From a virus (Duplodnaviria; Caudoviricetes), in IMG/VR virus record IMGVR_UViG_3300028591_000212, positions 677 through 64,676 of that record: a stretch of 64,000 nt of DNA; one strand, given 5' to 3'. Positions 45,619 to 60,800 of this stretch are shown here, one piece after another; within the stretch, counting starts at the first letter, position 1; the number at the start of each line of letters is the position of its first letter. Both the position numbers and the translations under genes were made by a program. The notes under the pieces were generated by a model. The model did not search any database, was not told where the DNA came from, and was given only the letters and a program-made list of their open reading frames with translations.

Positions 45619-48600
45619 ATGGCTAATAATAACTTCCAATATAATATTGGTATTAATGTTAATGCCGATACAAAACAAGCTGAGCAGCAATTTAGTAATT
45701 TAAAAACTCGTTTGACAGAATTATCTGCCCAAGTTATGGGGCAAAAGATGGATTTGTCAAAAGGATTAAATGCTGATAAAGCTGCACAAGATGTTATTAA
45801 ATTAACTTCTATTGTAAATAATTCTACTGATGTATTTGGTAAATTAGATTTAGGCAAATTTACTCAATCTTTAAATGCATCACATCGTACATTACATGAT
45901 TATGCAGCTAGTTTTAAAACTCTCGGTGTTGAAGGACAAAAAGCATTTTTACAAATAAATGCTGCTGTTGCTTCTGCGGAAAAACCATTAATTCGTGCCA
46001 AAGGTCTATTGCAAGATTTTGTAGACCAAATGGCAAGAACCACTAGTATTCAATTATCATATGGTATTTTAAATAGTTTCGTAGATATATATCGAAATGG
46101 TATTTCATATGCTCAAAAGCTAGATAAATCATTAACAGATATTCAAATTGTTACAAAACAAAATACAGCAGAAATTACAAAATTTGCTGAGAGAGCCAAT
46201 AGGGCAGCTAAAGAATTATCTGTTAGTACAACAGAGTATACAGATGCTGCTTTAATTTTCTATCAGCAAGGTCTTGATGATGAAGCAGTTAAAGAAAGAA
46301 CAGATGTAACTATTAAAATGGCTAATGCTTCTGGTGAAGCAGCTAAAGACATTTCGTCTTATATGACAGCCATTTGGAATAATTTTGATGATGGTTCAAA
46401 ATCATTAGAATATTATGCGGATGTAATTGCTAAACTTGGTGCTGATACAGCTGCTAGTAATGCTGATATCGCAGAAGGTATGCAAGACTTCGCAGCAGTG
46501 GCAGACACAGTAGGTCTGTCTTTTGAGTATGCTTCAAGTGCACTAGCTCTTTTGGTTGATAAAACACAACAAAGTGCAAATGTTATTGGTAACTCATTAA
46601 AAACTATTTTTGCTCGTTTAGAAAGTGTATCTCTTGGAGATACTTTAGAAGATGATACTAACTTAACTAAATATACTAAAGCTTTAGCTGTAGCTGGTGT
46701 TGATATCAAAGAGGCTAATGGTAGTCTTAAAGATATGGATACTATTTTAGATGAATTAGGAGCAAAATGGCAAGGTTTAAATGAACAACAGAAAATGGGT
46801 ATTGCTTATACTGTAGCTGGTGTTCGTCAATATAATAATTTTATTTCATTAATGGATAGTTATGATGATTATCTTGATTTAATTGAAAAAGCTCGTAATT
46901 CTACTGGTGAGTTAAATAAGGAGCAAGAAATATATGCTAAATCTTGGGAAGCTGCTCGTGACCAAGTTCAAGCAGCAGCTCAAGGCATTTATCAATCTAT
47001 TCTAGATGATGAATTCTTTAAATCATTAACACGAGCTACAGCTACTGTGTTAAATATGATAGAAAAAATTATAGACGGCTTTGGTGGTATAAGGGGAGCT
47101 ATGCTTTTAATTGGCTCTGTCGCTTCTACTGTATTAAAAGATAAAATTGCTAACGGCTTAAGAGTAATAGGTCAAGAAGTATATAATTTAACTCCACAAG
47201 GCCAAAAGCAAATGGCGCAAATGCAAAAACAGGCTTGGGATGATTTAACTAATCCATCTGGCATTAATATGAATGAATTAAATGCTACAGAACAAGCAAA
47301 AGTTGAAACAATGCGTCAAGAAATTAAATTCCAAAAGGAAATTGAGAAGTATCAAGATAGACTAACTCAGCAACAAAAAGAAGAATTGGCTACGCGTCAA
47401 AGTATTTTGCATACTTTAAGTGAAGAAGTTATAAAATCACAGGAAATATTACAAAAATCACAAGAAGTAACTAAAACAACAAAAAATAAAGTTACTCATG
47501 GTATTACAGATATTTTTGTTAAAAGTAATGAAAATGATATAGAAAGTATAGACCAAGCTCGTACTGCATATTCTCAAATGGCAAAGGTACAAGGACTTGG
47601 TGACTATATCAATGAAAAAGATGATGCTTCATATGAACAACAGGCCTTTAAAGATTTTATAGCAGAAGCTCAGAGAATGGCCGAGCAATCTAGTGATATT
47701 GTTAAGCAGAAAGTTGAAAAAGATATACATTCAATAGATGCTGCATTTACTTCTTCACAATTAGCTTTAATTGAATATGAGAAAAAATTAAAAGAAGTAG
47801 AAGAATTACGTTCAAGTGGTGCTAGTAAAGATAGAATTGATGAGGCTCTTGAAGAAGCCAATGAATTACACGCTGAAGCAGAAAATTTTGCCGCATCGTA
47901 TGCTAAAAAAGTTAATGACGTAACAACAGCTTTAACACAAGAAAGTAATATACTTTATATTGCAGATAAAGCAAAATTAAAATTAATAGGCGATGAACAA
48001 GAACAAATAAATCAAGCGTCTGAAATTAAAAATCTCGTAAGACAAGAAGCTCAAGCATTAGAAGATGAACGAGCTGCGATGGAAGATGTTAATGATGCGC
48101 AAGAAAGATTAAATACTGGCGCATTAAAATTAAAACAAACATTGCAAGATTTTTTAAATACATCTTTATCAATGTCTCAAATTTTAACTAATATTACTCA
48201 ACTAGCAACCCAATTTGGATTACTAGTATCTTCTGGTGTAGCAATAAAAAATACATTAAATAATGATGATTTAAGTGGCTGAGAAAAATTTACTACTATT
48301 TTAGGAAGTTTAGTTACAATATTACCTACTGCTATAAGCTTATATAAAGCTTTGTTTATAGCCAGAGAAGGACATACAGCGTCTATGGTGGCTGAAACTG
48401 CTGCTAGTTTGGCAAACGTTATAGGTGCTAAAACACAAGGTCAAGCTGCAATGAAATTAACTGCGCAAAAAATAGCAGAAGCTGCTGCACATACAACAAA
48501 CGCAGCCGCAGAAGGTACAGAAACTGCTGCCACTCTTGGCTTGGCTGGCGCATTTAAATTATTAAATTTTGCTATTGGCCCACTTTTACCGGGATTAATA

Positions 48601-51600
48601 TTGTTGGGTAGTGTTTTAGGTATAGCTGCAGCAGCATTTAAAGTATGGTATGATTCAACTCCAGAAGGCAAAATAAAAACTTTATCTAAAGAAAATGAGC
48701 GTTTAACATCAGTAGTCGAGGAGACCACTACTGCTTATGAAAAGTTAAATGATACAATTAAAGGATTAGATGATGCTTATACAACAATTGATAAATTAAC
48801 AAAAGGAACTTATGAATGAGCTGAAGCGGCTCGCCAAGTTAATAATGATATTAAAGATATAGTTGATAAGTATGGATTAGAGTATGGTAAAGATTGAGAA
48901 TATATTGATGGCGTAGCGCATTTAACAAAGCGAGGAGAAACCACTGCTAAGAATAAGGCAAAAGAGGACATGGAAACTCAAGAAAGAGCTAAAATTGCCT
49001 CTGATATTGCTATCAATACTCAAGAAGTTAAAAAATATGATGATTGGAAAAAAAGTAATGTAGTTCAAGAATTACAACGTAGAGGTTTAGATATTAATGA
49101 TAATTCTATAGATTGAAGTAATCCTCAATCTATAGTTGGAGCCTTACAAAAATTAGTAGATGAAGGAAAATTAGATAAAAATTATTATACTAAAGAATAT
49201 TTAGATGGTTTGGCAAAATCTAATACTTTAAATAATATTGTATCACAAGAAGATTATCAGAAATATTTAGACAGCAATAATAAATTATTTAATAATTATA
49301 TTCAATATGCTGCTCAAGGTTTAGGATTAGAAGATGATTACGCTGCAGCTTGAGCTTATAAAGCAATGAATAGTGGAATTGATTTGTTTGGTGGCTCATT
49401 AACAAATCAAGATTATAAAGATTATGCAGAACAACATGGGTTAACTTATCAAGAAAATTCTTATGGTAAAGCTATTTTAAAAGATGAGAATGGTGAGAAT
49501 GTCCAAATTTCTGCAGATGATGTTAAATCATTTAAAAATTTACATTTAATTGCTGAATCAATTGGTCAAGTTACGGACGAGGATGTAGAACAATATAAAG
49601 ATAAACAACCTTCTGCGTTAACCGATTATAATGAATCTGAAAGACAACGTTCAGCTGACCATGAAGCTTTTAGTAAGGATGATATAGAATTATTAGAAAA
49701 ATATAAGCAATATTTAATAGACACTTATGACATTGAAGAAGAAATGGCTGACCGTATTGCTTCTGCTAATATGCGTTATAATCGTGGTCTTGAAGATATT
49801 ATTAAAAACTATGAAGATTATGTAGAAGCATTAAAAGAAGCTAATAAAGGCTCAGAAGATTATGTAAATGCTTTAGATAATGTCCGTAAAGATTTTGCTT
49901 ATATGATGGATTTAGACCCATCTGTATTAGATGAAGCTTTTGTAACTAGTGCTAATAATTTAAAATTATTAAAAGAAGCTGCTAATGGTAGTTATGAGGC
50001 TATAACTCAATTACAAGAAAATATGGCTAATTCTGTTACTGAAACGGCCAAAAACAATGCTGTATTAACTGAAGATATGATTAATGATTTTCAACAATTG
50101 AAATCTATAATTGATAATTCTGAATTGTTTGAAAAGAATTATGAAATTGGTATGACATTAGATGATGACCCTATTGTTCAGGTTTTAAATGATTTAGTAG
50201 CTAATGCTGGTATGAGCGTTGAAGAAGCTCAAAAGATTTTAAATAGTTTAGGATTTGAGCCAGATGTAGAATGAAAAGAAGTTCCAATGGACGAATGGGC
50301 CAGCATCCAAAACAATACTAAAATTAAATATAAAGACAGCGAAGGTAATGAGCATGAAGCCACTATGAGCGCTGATTTAGATACAAGTGCATTTTCTGCG
50401 ATGTATGTTCCAATTATTAATGGTTCAAAAACAACTTATCGTGGTAGTCCACAAGCTAAAACTTCTGCGGGTAATAAACAAGGTATGGCTAAAAACGCCA
50501 AGGGCGGTGGAGGTTCAAAAGCTAAAACCAAAAAATTAGACGATGAAAGAGAACGTTATCATGTTATTAATAAGCAATTAACAGCCATTAATAAAGAACT
50601 TGATAATATTTCAAAAGCAAAAGACCGTGCATTTGGCCAGAAACATCTTGACTATCTTGATGCCGAAATTAAAAAGTATGAAGAATTAGCTAAGACTCAA
50701 CAGCAATACATAGATGAAATTCAAAGTTATTGAAATAGTGATGCCGCCAAGATGAAAGGTTATGGCGCGCAGATTGACCCAGTAACTGGTACAATTCTAA
50801 ACTACGACCAATTAATGGCAAATGCAGTTGCTCAATATAATGCAGCTGGTGGCAGTGAGGGCGCCGAAGAATGGTATAATACATTCAAAAAGAATTTATC
50901 TAATTATGAAGATTCTGTAGCTAAGATGCAAGAAGCTAATGCTCAATTAACAGATTATCTAAATGCTATTTATGATGCTCGATTAGAGAAGATTAAATAT
51001 AGATTAGAATTAAAGCTTGATATGGCTGAAGATACTGTTAAGTATTTAGACTTCTTAATGAATTTATTAGAAGATGATACTTATGATGTAGCTGATAGAA
51101 TGAATCTTATTGCCGGTCAAGGTGAGCAAGCTTTAAATAAAATTGATGCTATCAATGATAGCTTATTAGAATTATTCCAAACTCGTTTAGGCAAAGACAC
51201 TGGTTTGGAAGCATATAATCAATTAATAACAGGTCAAGCAAATCTTGAAGAAATCGCTCAAAAATTGAATCTTACTGCTGATGAAGTAGACTTCTTAAGA
51301 GAGTGTGTAGAAAAGCTTGAAACTGAAACAGTCAACTTTAAAGAAACATTTGATAAGTTGAATCAAGAACTTATTAATTCAATGCAGAAGTTCGGCGAGA
51401 AAATTGACGAACAAGTTAATAAGGTTGAACATTTAAATAATGTATTAGAAAAATTCAAAGATATTACTAATTTAATTGGTAAACGTAGATTAGGTTCTGA
51501 TACATTTAATGATTTATTATCTAATATAAATGCCAATAGTATGAACTTGGCTATTAAAGAACTTGGTATGCGCCAAAAGGAATATCAAGCTGCTAAGAAA

Positions 51601-53505
51601 GCGTATGAAGATGCTGTTGCTGCTGGTATTGACGCAGATACTTTAAGTAAATTAGAAGATGAGCTAAATCAAATTGAAGAAACTTTTATGGAAAGTTGGG
51701 AAGCAGCTTTACAAAAATCTTTAGATTTACTAACAGAAGGTTTAGAGCAAGCAACTACTAAATTTGGTGATGCTGTCTCTGGTTTAGCAGGTAGTCTTGA
51801 TGAGTTATCATTCTGATATAATAAAGCACAAGAAGCTGGAGATAATTATTTAGATAAATATGAAAGAGTTTATAATTTAAATAAATTAATTAGAGATATA
51901 ACTAACTCTATGGATAATACGGATGATTTAGCTGGTAAAAAACAGTTAAAGAGTTTGATGGAAGAAATAGAGGAATTAAATGAAAAAGATGCTAATGTAA
52001 GTGCTTATCAGCTAGATACATTACAGAAACGTTATGAGTTATATCAAGCAGAAATTGCTTTAAGAGAAGCAGAAAATGCTAAATCACAGGTACGTATGGT
52101 TGCAGATGCTGAAGGCAATTATAACTATATGTATACTGCCGATGAGAATAATATCGCTGAAGCACAAGGCAATTATGAAGATAAATTATTTGCTTATGCA
52201 CAAGCCAATACTCAACAAATCGAAGAGTTACAGCAACGTCTAATAGAAAATAGACGTAAGTTATCTGAAGAACTTGCTGCTCTTGGTGAGGGAGACCAAG
52301 AGAAGGCTCAAGAGTTAATTGATTGGTATACTGAGCAAGAAGCTTATTTAGAAGAGCAGATGCAATTAGCTCTAGATTGTAATGTTGAGGTTAATGAATA
52401 TGCGATTGCTTCTGATTGGGATGTGGCTGATAATTTTGCAGAAACTGTATATTCTCAAATTACTGGTTATGAAACACTTGAAGAAGTACAGCAGAATTGG
52501 CAAGATGCTGTAACGCAAATGGCAGAAGATGTAGCTTCACAATTTGAAATCTTTGATATGAGATACGAAGCTGCTATGGCGGCTGCCGGAACTTCAACTA
52601 TGGAATTTGCTAATGTGGTTGATGGTTCATTAGCTTATGTACAACAGAGGTCAGATGAAGCAGCCCAAAGTGCGCAACAAATGTCAGATGATTTTGTAAA
52701 TTCATATGGCCAAGCATTGAGTGCGGCTTCTCAATTTGCACAACAATACGCTAATGTAGCACAAAGCGTTATTAGTAATAATGTTCAGATGATTAAGTCT
52801 ATTGGTGATTTAATTAGACAGTTAGCTGCTATTGGCGGACCAAGTTATAGTGGAATTAGTAATTATGTTACTAGTGCTATTGCACCAGCAGGAATTGCCG
52901 GCATTGATAAGTTGAATAATGAAATAGAAGGTCAAAAAGCTTTAAATGCTCAAAGAGCAAATAATAACAATGATAATAAAAATAACCAAACTTATACTAT
53001 TTCATTAAATAATAAAGTTGTAGCAACTAATGTTACTGGCGGCAATTTATCATCATGGTTGAATGGCGCTTTAAGAGATTCTAATGGTTCAATTAGAGTA
53101 AGTAAAGATGGCACTTATGGATTGCGTGAATCTGTAAGCGTAAAGGAATATTTAAAATATTTTGGTAGTGGAGCTTTTGATACTGGTGGTTATACTGGTG
53201 AATGGGGCACTGATGGTAGATGGGCTTTACTTCATCAGAAAGAACTTGTCCTTAATCAAGAAGATACAGAAAATATGCTTGCTGCGGTTAATGCAGTGCG
53301 TAGAATCGCTGAGTTATCTAATGGATTAAGTTATGCTTCACGAGCTGATTTATCTGGTAAGTTTGATTTCTTATTAGATAATCAAGGATTGAATCAAAAT
53401 GTTACTATCCAAGCAGAGTTCCCTAACGCTGTTGACCATTCTGAAATTGAAATGGCATTTAATGATTTACTTAACAGAGCAAGTCAATATGCTAATAGAC
53501 ATTAA
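45619..53505 (+). CDS. tape measure protein, 2628 aa (TGA=Trp at 48280, 48817, 48895, 49114, 49351, 50272, 50731 and 51814)
   Basis: Six track ORFs share one frame and the gaps contain only TGA stops; TP901-type TMP core, long helical body, C-terminal FDTGGYTG...LHQKELVLN. Confidence 0.88.
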
Positions 53506-53530
53506 AAAGGTTCTCAGATGAGAACCTTTT
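53506..53530. terminator. terminator after the TMP gene
   Basis: AAAAGGTTCTC-AGAT-GAGAACCTTTT. Confidence 0.7.
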
Positions 53531-53607
53531 ACTTTGGTCTATTCTTGACAAAATAGAAAGAATTATCTTAAAATATATAAAGAAGAGGAGTACAAGGAGA
53601 ATTAGAG

Positions 53608-56600
53608 ATGCCAAAAGATTACGCAGAGAATTTTTTGGAAGCAATGGATTTAATAGTCCAAAAGCGTCTAGAAAATCTTAAATATGATAAAACAATATTA
53701 TGTGAAGTAATTGAAGTCCTTGATGATGAACAAAGAGTTTATCGTGTAAGTGATGGCTCCAATACTTTTATTGCGTACGCTATTAGTTCTCAATTCGTTT
53801 TTGAGGAAGGGGATAGTGTATATGTTAATGTTCCTAACGGGGATTATAATCAACAAAAATACATTCTTGGAAGAGAAGTAACAGACAAGAGTAAAGATTA
53901 TACCTATCTTAACCCAATGGAACAATTTTTTGATATGACTGGAAATCTATTAGAAAGTGAAGATACTGAATTAATAGATGAAGATGGTCAAAAAATTCCT
54001 GGCTCAATAAGCCTTTCAAGTTCTTTACTGGCTAATAATAGTAATGTAAATGCTAGTAATTATCAACAGCAAGAAGGTTATTTATATAAAACTCTTGGCA
54101 CTATAAGGGTGGCTGATGGCGCAGCTTATAATCGTTTAGCGATTCAAGCTGATTTTATGTCGCATATACCACAAGCATTAAATGGTAATTATGGATTATT
54201 ATTTAAGTTTAATTCACAGAATAAAGCTAAAGCGAGCGAAGAAACTGAAAATATAACTCCTAATAGTATTTTATTTGATAGCTCTGATATGTGGGGCAAC
54301 CCATACGATTTTGAAAATTATTATACTCAATCTTTAGTATATGATATTACAGATTGAGAAGATATAGAAACAGTACAAATAATTTTCTATCAAACTGCGA
54401 ATTTTTATAGTAGAGAAGATAGAACTGTTTTAATTGACCATACAATTCCAGGCACTGATGAATTATTACCAGATAATTTGTTTGTAGATAATATAAAGTT
54501 AATGCTTGGTTATGAAGCAAGTAACGAAGAAAAGATTGTTATTTATACAAAAGACAGTTTAACTTATAGCAGTAGCTTAACAGATGAACAAAATAAGAAA
54601 ACAGTTAATCTACGTTGGTCACATGTATTAAAAGACCCATTGGCTAGAAGTGTTGCTTTAATTAATTGGGAAAAAGTACAAGAGCATGTTGATTTAGAAA
54701 ATTATACAGTTAAGATTCATTGGTATAGATTTGATAGAGATTCTAATGATGAACTTGCAGGCACCTATTGAAAAGAAGTAAGTAATGATGAAGTTGATAG
54801 TGTTGATTATCAACATTTATTCAATTATATATTTATTCCACAATCAAATCTAAATAATGAATATATTAAATGTATTGTAGAAATTATAGATAATAAATCG
54901 TTAGATGAAATTAATGATGAATATGAAGATAAAAAAAGTGAAATTGAATCAGAATTACAAGCATTACAAAATGATATTGATTCATTAAACGCTCATTTAG
55001 AATTTTTGAAATTATCTAATGTTTCTACTTCTGGTAGTATTATAGGTCTTTATGATAATGATATAACAACAACAGAAACTTTAATAGCTGAGAAACAAGA
55101 TGAATATGAAAAAACTAATAAAAGATTAAATAGATTAAAGTTAGATGTAAGTTCTTGCTACACTTATTTAAAATCTGATATTTTAACTTTTACTAGTGAA
55201 ATCAATAAAGAAGATGAGAGCGCAATTGATTATGTTCAAGGTCTTGGATTAAGTTGTGATGATGATGGCGTATATCGTATTTATGACACACTTACTAATG
55301 ATTTAATTTCATCTTCTCAACAACACAAAGATAGAATAATTAGACTTAATTTTAAGTCATTATTAACACAAGACCAAAATGCTGGGATTACTCAAGTAAG
55401 GTGGTACATACCTCGTGGTAATACTATGATACAAGAGCCAATAGCTGGCATTAATTATACAGAACAACATACCGATGAGTATGATGAAAGAATTGAAATT
55501 ACAGATGATTATTATATAATTGTTAGAAGTAATCCAAAGATAATATCACACTCTTCTGGTACTTATTCTACAAAAGATTGTGTTGTTGAACAAACATATA
55601 GAATTAAACCTCATTTATTACAAAGTGATTGTAATAATGTTATTAAGTGCGAGGTTGTTAGAAATAATATTACATACGGCCCATCAGAGAAAGAATTAAT
55701 TTTTGGTGTTGTAGGTTCTAATGGAACTAATAACACATTAATTATTAGTATGGGTAGTGAATATAATAAAACTACTAATGAGTTAGTTGAAGCAGCTCCT
55801 CCAGCTTGGACTTTAGGAGAAAATAATAATTATATTCAATTACATCACTATTTATATGATGAAGATAATAAGTTAGTAAATGACTTAATTAAGTCAATTG
55901 AATATAGTGTTGTTTATGGTCCTGGCTTTAGTGTTGATAATTCAACCGAAAGATTAACATTATCTGGTCAAGGTGACAGAGGATGTATTATCAAATGTAA
56001 AGTTAGACTTGAAGATGGTATTACAAACGCTGAAAAAGATACAGAAGACCAAACAGTAAGTTATGAATTTGTTAGAGGATATACTGCTTACTTAGTAGTA
56101 GCTTGTCGTGCTGATAGAACTATTAAATGGTTTGATGGCGCAGATAGAGTTGTATATTCTTCTGCTGGTGGTTCACCAAGTTATTATAAAGCAACTTATA
56201 AAGTTAATGATGTAGAAGTTGGTAATGCCATTGCTCTTGATGGAAGTAATAATTTAATTGAATTAAGAAATATATTACATCCAGGCAATAACTATTTACC
56301 TTATGTAAGAAATTTAATGCTTTCACCACGTTCTATGTATTTAGCTGATGTAGAATATGATGTATGTGTTAAATGTTATAATGGAGATAATTTTGTATTA
56401 GGAGTTCCAATTCTTGTATTACAAAATCAGTGAGCTTCTTCAGTATTAAATGATTGAGATGGCTCATTTTATACCAATGAGGAAAAAGGTTTAGTACTTG
56501 GTACTATGCTTGGCGCCGGTAAAAAAGAACCTGCAGGAGACCATGCCAATACTTTTAGTGGAGTATTAATGGGTAATGTTAGTGCCGGAGCTAAAGATAC

Positions 56601-57609
56601 AGCGAGTGGCATTGGATTGTATGGATATCAATATGGTATTCAAAGTTTTGGTTTTAACGTAAATGGTAAAGCATTTATAGGTAAGCAACAAAAATCCCAA
56701 ATATTATTCGATGGTAATAATGGTACTATTAAGAATTATGCGTTTGACCATGGTAATAATACTGGTATCCAGTTAAATATGAATGGTGATGATGATTCAG
56801 ACCAAACATTTATTATTCGTAAAAATGGTACTGATATTGTTAAGCTTTCTTCTGGTTCTCCTTACTTAACGATTAGGGGCACTGATAAAAAAGTAAGGAT
56901 GAAAGTTGATGATAGTGGTGCTACAATTGGAGCTTGAAAATTAAATGAAACTACATTAACAGCTGGTAATATTACATTAAATAGTAATGGTAGTATGTAC
57001 GGTGGAAATAGTGGAAGAACTTGAAAAATTGATACAGATGGCACGGCTACTTTTAATTATTTAGTTGCCAATGGCGGAGGCTATATAGCCGGATGGGAAA
57101 TTAGCTCAGATACTTTATCTGGTGGCGACACTACAATTTGTAGCGATGGAACTATTACTTGTCGTAATTTAATTGCTACTAACACTGGTTCCATTGGACC
57201 ATATAAAATTAGTAGTAGTAGTTTATCTGGTAATGGTATTTCATTAAATGGTAGTACTATAAAAGTTGGGAATAATTTAATATTAACATCTGAAGAAAAT
57301 GCTGGTTCTATTACATTAGGTAGTGCAAAGATTAGAGCAGGAGATAAAGTTCAAACAGTATCTATTAATAAAGATTTAATATTGTTAGGTAGTTTAAATG
57401 CTAATAACAACGTATCAGCACAACAAGGTAATTTTGATAGAATAACTATGTATCAAAATGGCGGTGAAACACAAGCATCGTTTGACGCAGGCTTAATAAT
57501 TAATATAAAATCTATAGTTAATGCTTTAATTAACAGATTAGATGAAATAGCTTTTAAAGGTGATAGTGTTACTGTTAATATGCTTACCGGCAAAGGCTCA
57601 ATAGATTAG
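53608..57609 (+). CDS. large minor tail/baseplate protein, 1333 aa (TGA=Trp at 54355, 54769, 56431, 56455, 56935 and 57022)
   Basis: Five track ORFs in one frame with only TGA stops between; Gly/Ser/Thr-rich beta-type C-terminus (IGA[W]K.., IAGWEI, IGPYKI). Confidence 0.8.
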
Positions 57610-57628
57610 AGAAAAAGGAGAAAATAAA

Positions 57629-57808
57629 ATGAATAGTCAAGTAAAAGAAATGCTAACAAGAATTTATAACACGTTGGCCCTAATTTCCACAAAAGGTGAG
57701 GACACAATGGTGATGGCAGATTGCCTTAGAGCCATTCAGAATTTAGTAGAGAAAACACCTGTTATTGAAGATAATGTGGGAATGGAAAAACCTGCTATCG
57801 AAGAATAA
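57629..57808 (+). CDS. small protein (59 aa), possible tail-fibre chaperone
   Basis: MNSQVKEMLTRIYNTLALISTKGEDTMVMADCL..., GGAG SD. Confidence 0.65.
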   Translation: MNSQVKEMLTRIYNTLALISTKGEDTMVMADCLRAIQNLVEKTPVIEDNVGMEKPAIEE

Positions 57809-57836
57809 TAGGTTTGAGTAAGAGGAGGGAGTATTT

Positions 57837-60800
57837 ATGGCAAAATTATATCCACCAGAAATACAAGGTACACTTCCAGCTTTTACAGGCGCAACTATTG
57901 TTGTGCCTTTTAACATGAATAAAGCAGTAAGTTTAACTTCGGATGTAAATACTGATGGTGGTTTTGAATTAAAAATTAAAACAGCGCAAAATGATAAGTT
58001 TATCTGTACTATAAGAAGTAATGAAAATATACCAGAAGGTGAACAAGAACGTTATGACAATCATTCTGTAACTTTTCATTTAACAGAAGACCAATTGGCG
58101 CAATTAACCATAGGTATTTCCTATAAATTACAATTAGCGTATGTTGATAAGCAAGGTTTTGTAGGATATTATTCTACTGTTGGTGTAGCTAAATATACTA
58201 CAAGACCTAACTTATCTATCAGCGGATTAAGTGGGGTTTCAACAAATGCGGCTTTATTCGAATATGTTGGAGTTTATAATCAACGTTCTGATGATAATAA
58301 AATAAAAGACGCTACAGAAAAGGTATATTCATATCGTTTTCAATTAATGGATGAGAATGAAGAAGTAATTGAAGATACTGGTGTCTTACTTCATAACTCT
58401 CAAAATGATGTTTATGGCTATGAAAGTCATGATGTTTTTAGACCGCTTACAAATATTGAAGAAGGTAAAACTTATTATATTAAATATTATGTAACGACTA
58501 GAAATGGTTTAGAAGCAAGCACTCCAATTTATAGAATTATAGCGATTGCTACAATAGAGCCTGAAAGTAAACCTTATTTACACGCTGAAGCAAATAATGA
58601 AGAAGGATACATTCATCTTTGGATGGATGATGAAATAAATAGAGTAGATGGTCTAGCTAAAACCGCGCATGGTATTTTTGAAGTATCACGTAAGAAAGAC
58701 AATGAAGGTTGGGTACCTATTACAACATTATCGTTGCAAGGTAATAAACCATCAGATTGAGAATTTTATGATTTTGTTGTAGAGCATGGATGTACTTATC
58801 AGTATTCTATGCGTCAATATAGTAAAGTTACAGGTTTATATTCTAGTAGAGAATATATTATGACCGATGAACTTTCTATTGATTTTGAAGATGCTTTCTT
58901 ATATGATGGAGAAAGACAACTTAAAATTAGATTTAATCCAAAAGTATCTACATTTAAAAATGATATTTTAGAAAGTAAGATGGATACTATTGGTGGTAAA
59001 TATCCTTACATTTTTAGGAATGGGTATACTCATTATAAAGAGTTCCCTATTTCTGGTTTAATTTCTTATCAAGAAGATAATGCAGAATTATTTATGAAGA
59101 AAGAAGATTATAAGTATGCGCTTGGTGAGAAATTACATAGACCTACTACAAAATCAAAAGGCACAGGAATTAAAGGATTTTTAGATACTGATTTAGTATC
59201 TGAAACAATTAATTCAGAAAGATTATTTAAACTTGAAGTTTTAGAGTGGCTTAATGATGGTAATCCTAAATTATTTAAGTCACCAACAGAAGGTAATTAT
59301 ATAGTAAGATTATTAAATGTCTCACTTACACCTACCGATTCTTTAGGTAGAATGTTACATACATTCAACGCAATAGCTTATGAAGTAGCAGAATGTAATT
59401 TTGCTAATTTAAATAAATACGGTTTTACAGAAACTGGTGATGTTGATACCACTCAAAGAATGGTAAAGACAATTAAATTATCAGATTATAAGGATGGTAA
59501 ATTTTCTGTTACTTATGGTGAATTAATTAAAGGTATTAGTAATGTTGGCTTTGTAGAATTCCATGACATGTTACCAGGCACAAAAGTATGGGTTAATGGA
59601 ATGGATTTCTTAATTGGCACTACTGGTACTTTAATGTTAAATGATATTGGTACTATATTCTCTGTTGCTGTTGAAGAGCCAAAATATTTAACTGAAAATG
59701 GGTATTGACTTAAATCATCTAATGTTGTTCCAGATGAACAAGGTAGATATGATGAAATGGTTACAGCCACTTTAGATGGCAGTGATGCTAATATTTTAGC
59801 TTTGAATGATTTAGGTTCTGTTGTTGTTAGTTTTGAAGGAGAAGGTACAACATACTTTGATATGATTACTTCTGCTGATATTGTCGATGTGCCTATTCAA
59901 CAATTTATCAATAGACAACAAGAGCCTGGTGGTGATGACGTAGATGAGGATATTGTAAGTAAGTATATTCTTAATATTAAAGATGAAATATTAAAATATA
60001 ATACTTTAAGATTTACTAAAAGAAATATAATGTATTTATACTGTAAAAAGCCAGAAGCTTTATACAGTAATTATACATTTAATAGTTTTACATATGAAGA
60101 AGATGGAAAAACTTTACCTATTTTCTATACAGACAGTTCATGTGCTGATGTATCTATGGGTATTATGGGGCCAGAAGATTTAGACCCTTGGTACTTATAT
60201 GAAATTAAAGGTTATGCTCAACCAATAGATTTGAAACAAGAAATACAAATCTTTGGTGAACGTAGAGAAGATGATACAGTTATATTTACAGATTATGGCA
60301 TGCCTGTTCTTAATACAGAAAAGGTAGATTTGTTCTTAAATAATAGAGATGCTTTATTAGAGGCAATTAGAAATCATGAAGTTAATCTTAATGCAGTTAA
60401 TTGAAAAGAACAAATTAAGAAATTAAAATCTAGATTTGTAGATGTAGATAAGTTTATTGAATTGTTGGAATCTGGTGCTTTAACCGAAGAAGGCTCTAGA
60501 GAATTTAGACAAATGATTCAAAGAGACGCGGATGATTTCCATCTATTTGAAGGATATTATAGAGATAGAAATTATATTACATGGCAATATACTGACGAAG
60601 AAGGTGACAGTCATGTTATTACAGATGCAAGATATTTACCATATCTTGGATGCTATTATGACCCAGTAGCACAAAGATTTTTACAAGATAGTCAATGTCA
60701 TTTTTACGTTGTGTTTAATGACGGTGTAAATCATACTACTAGTGCAGATATGGAAGGTATAAAAAAACATGCTCGTTTAAATTTCCCAGAAATAGTAGAC

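Noticed and set aside
45480-45620. Programmed -1 frameshift of the tail chaperone
   Set aside because: No XXXYYYZ slippery heptamer near the stop and no downstream overlapping ORF; a terminator-like hairpin follows.
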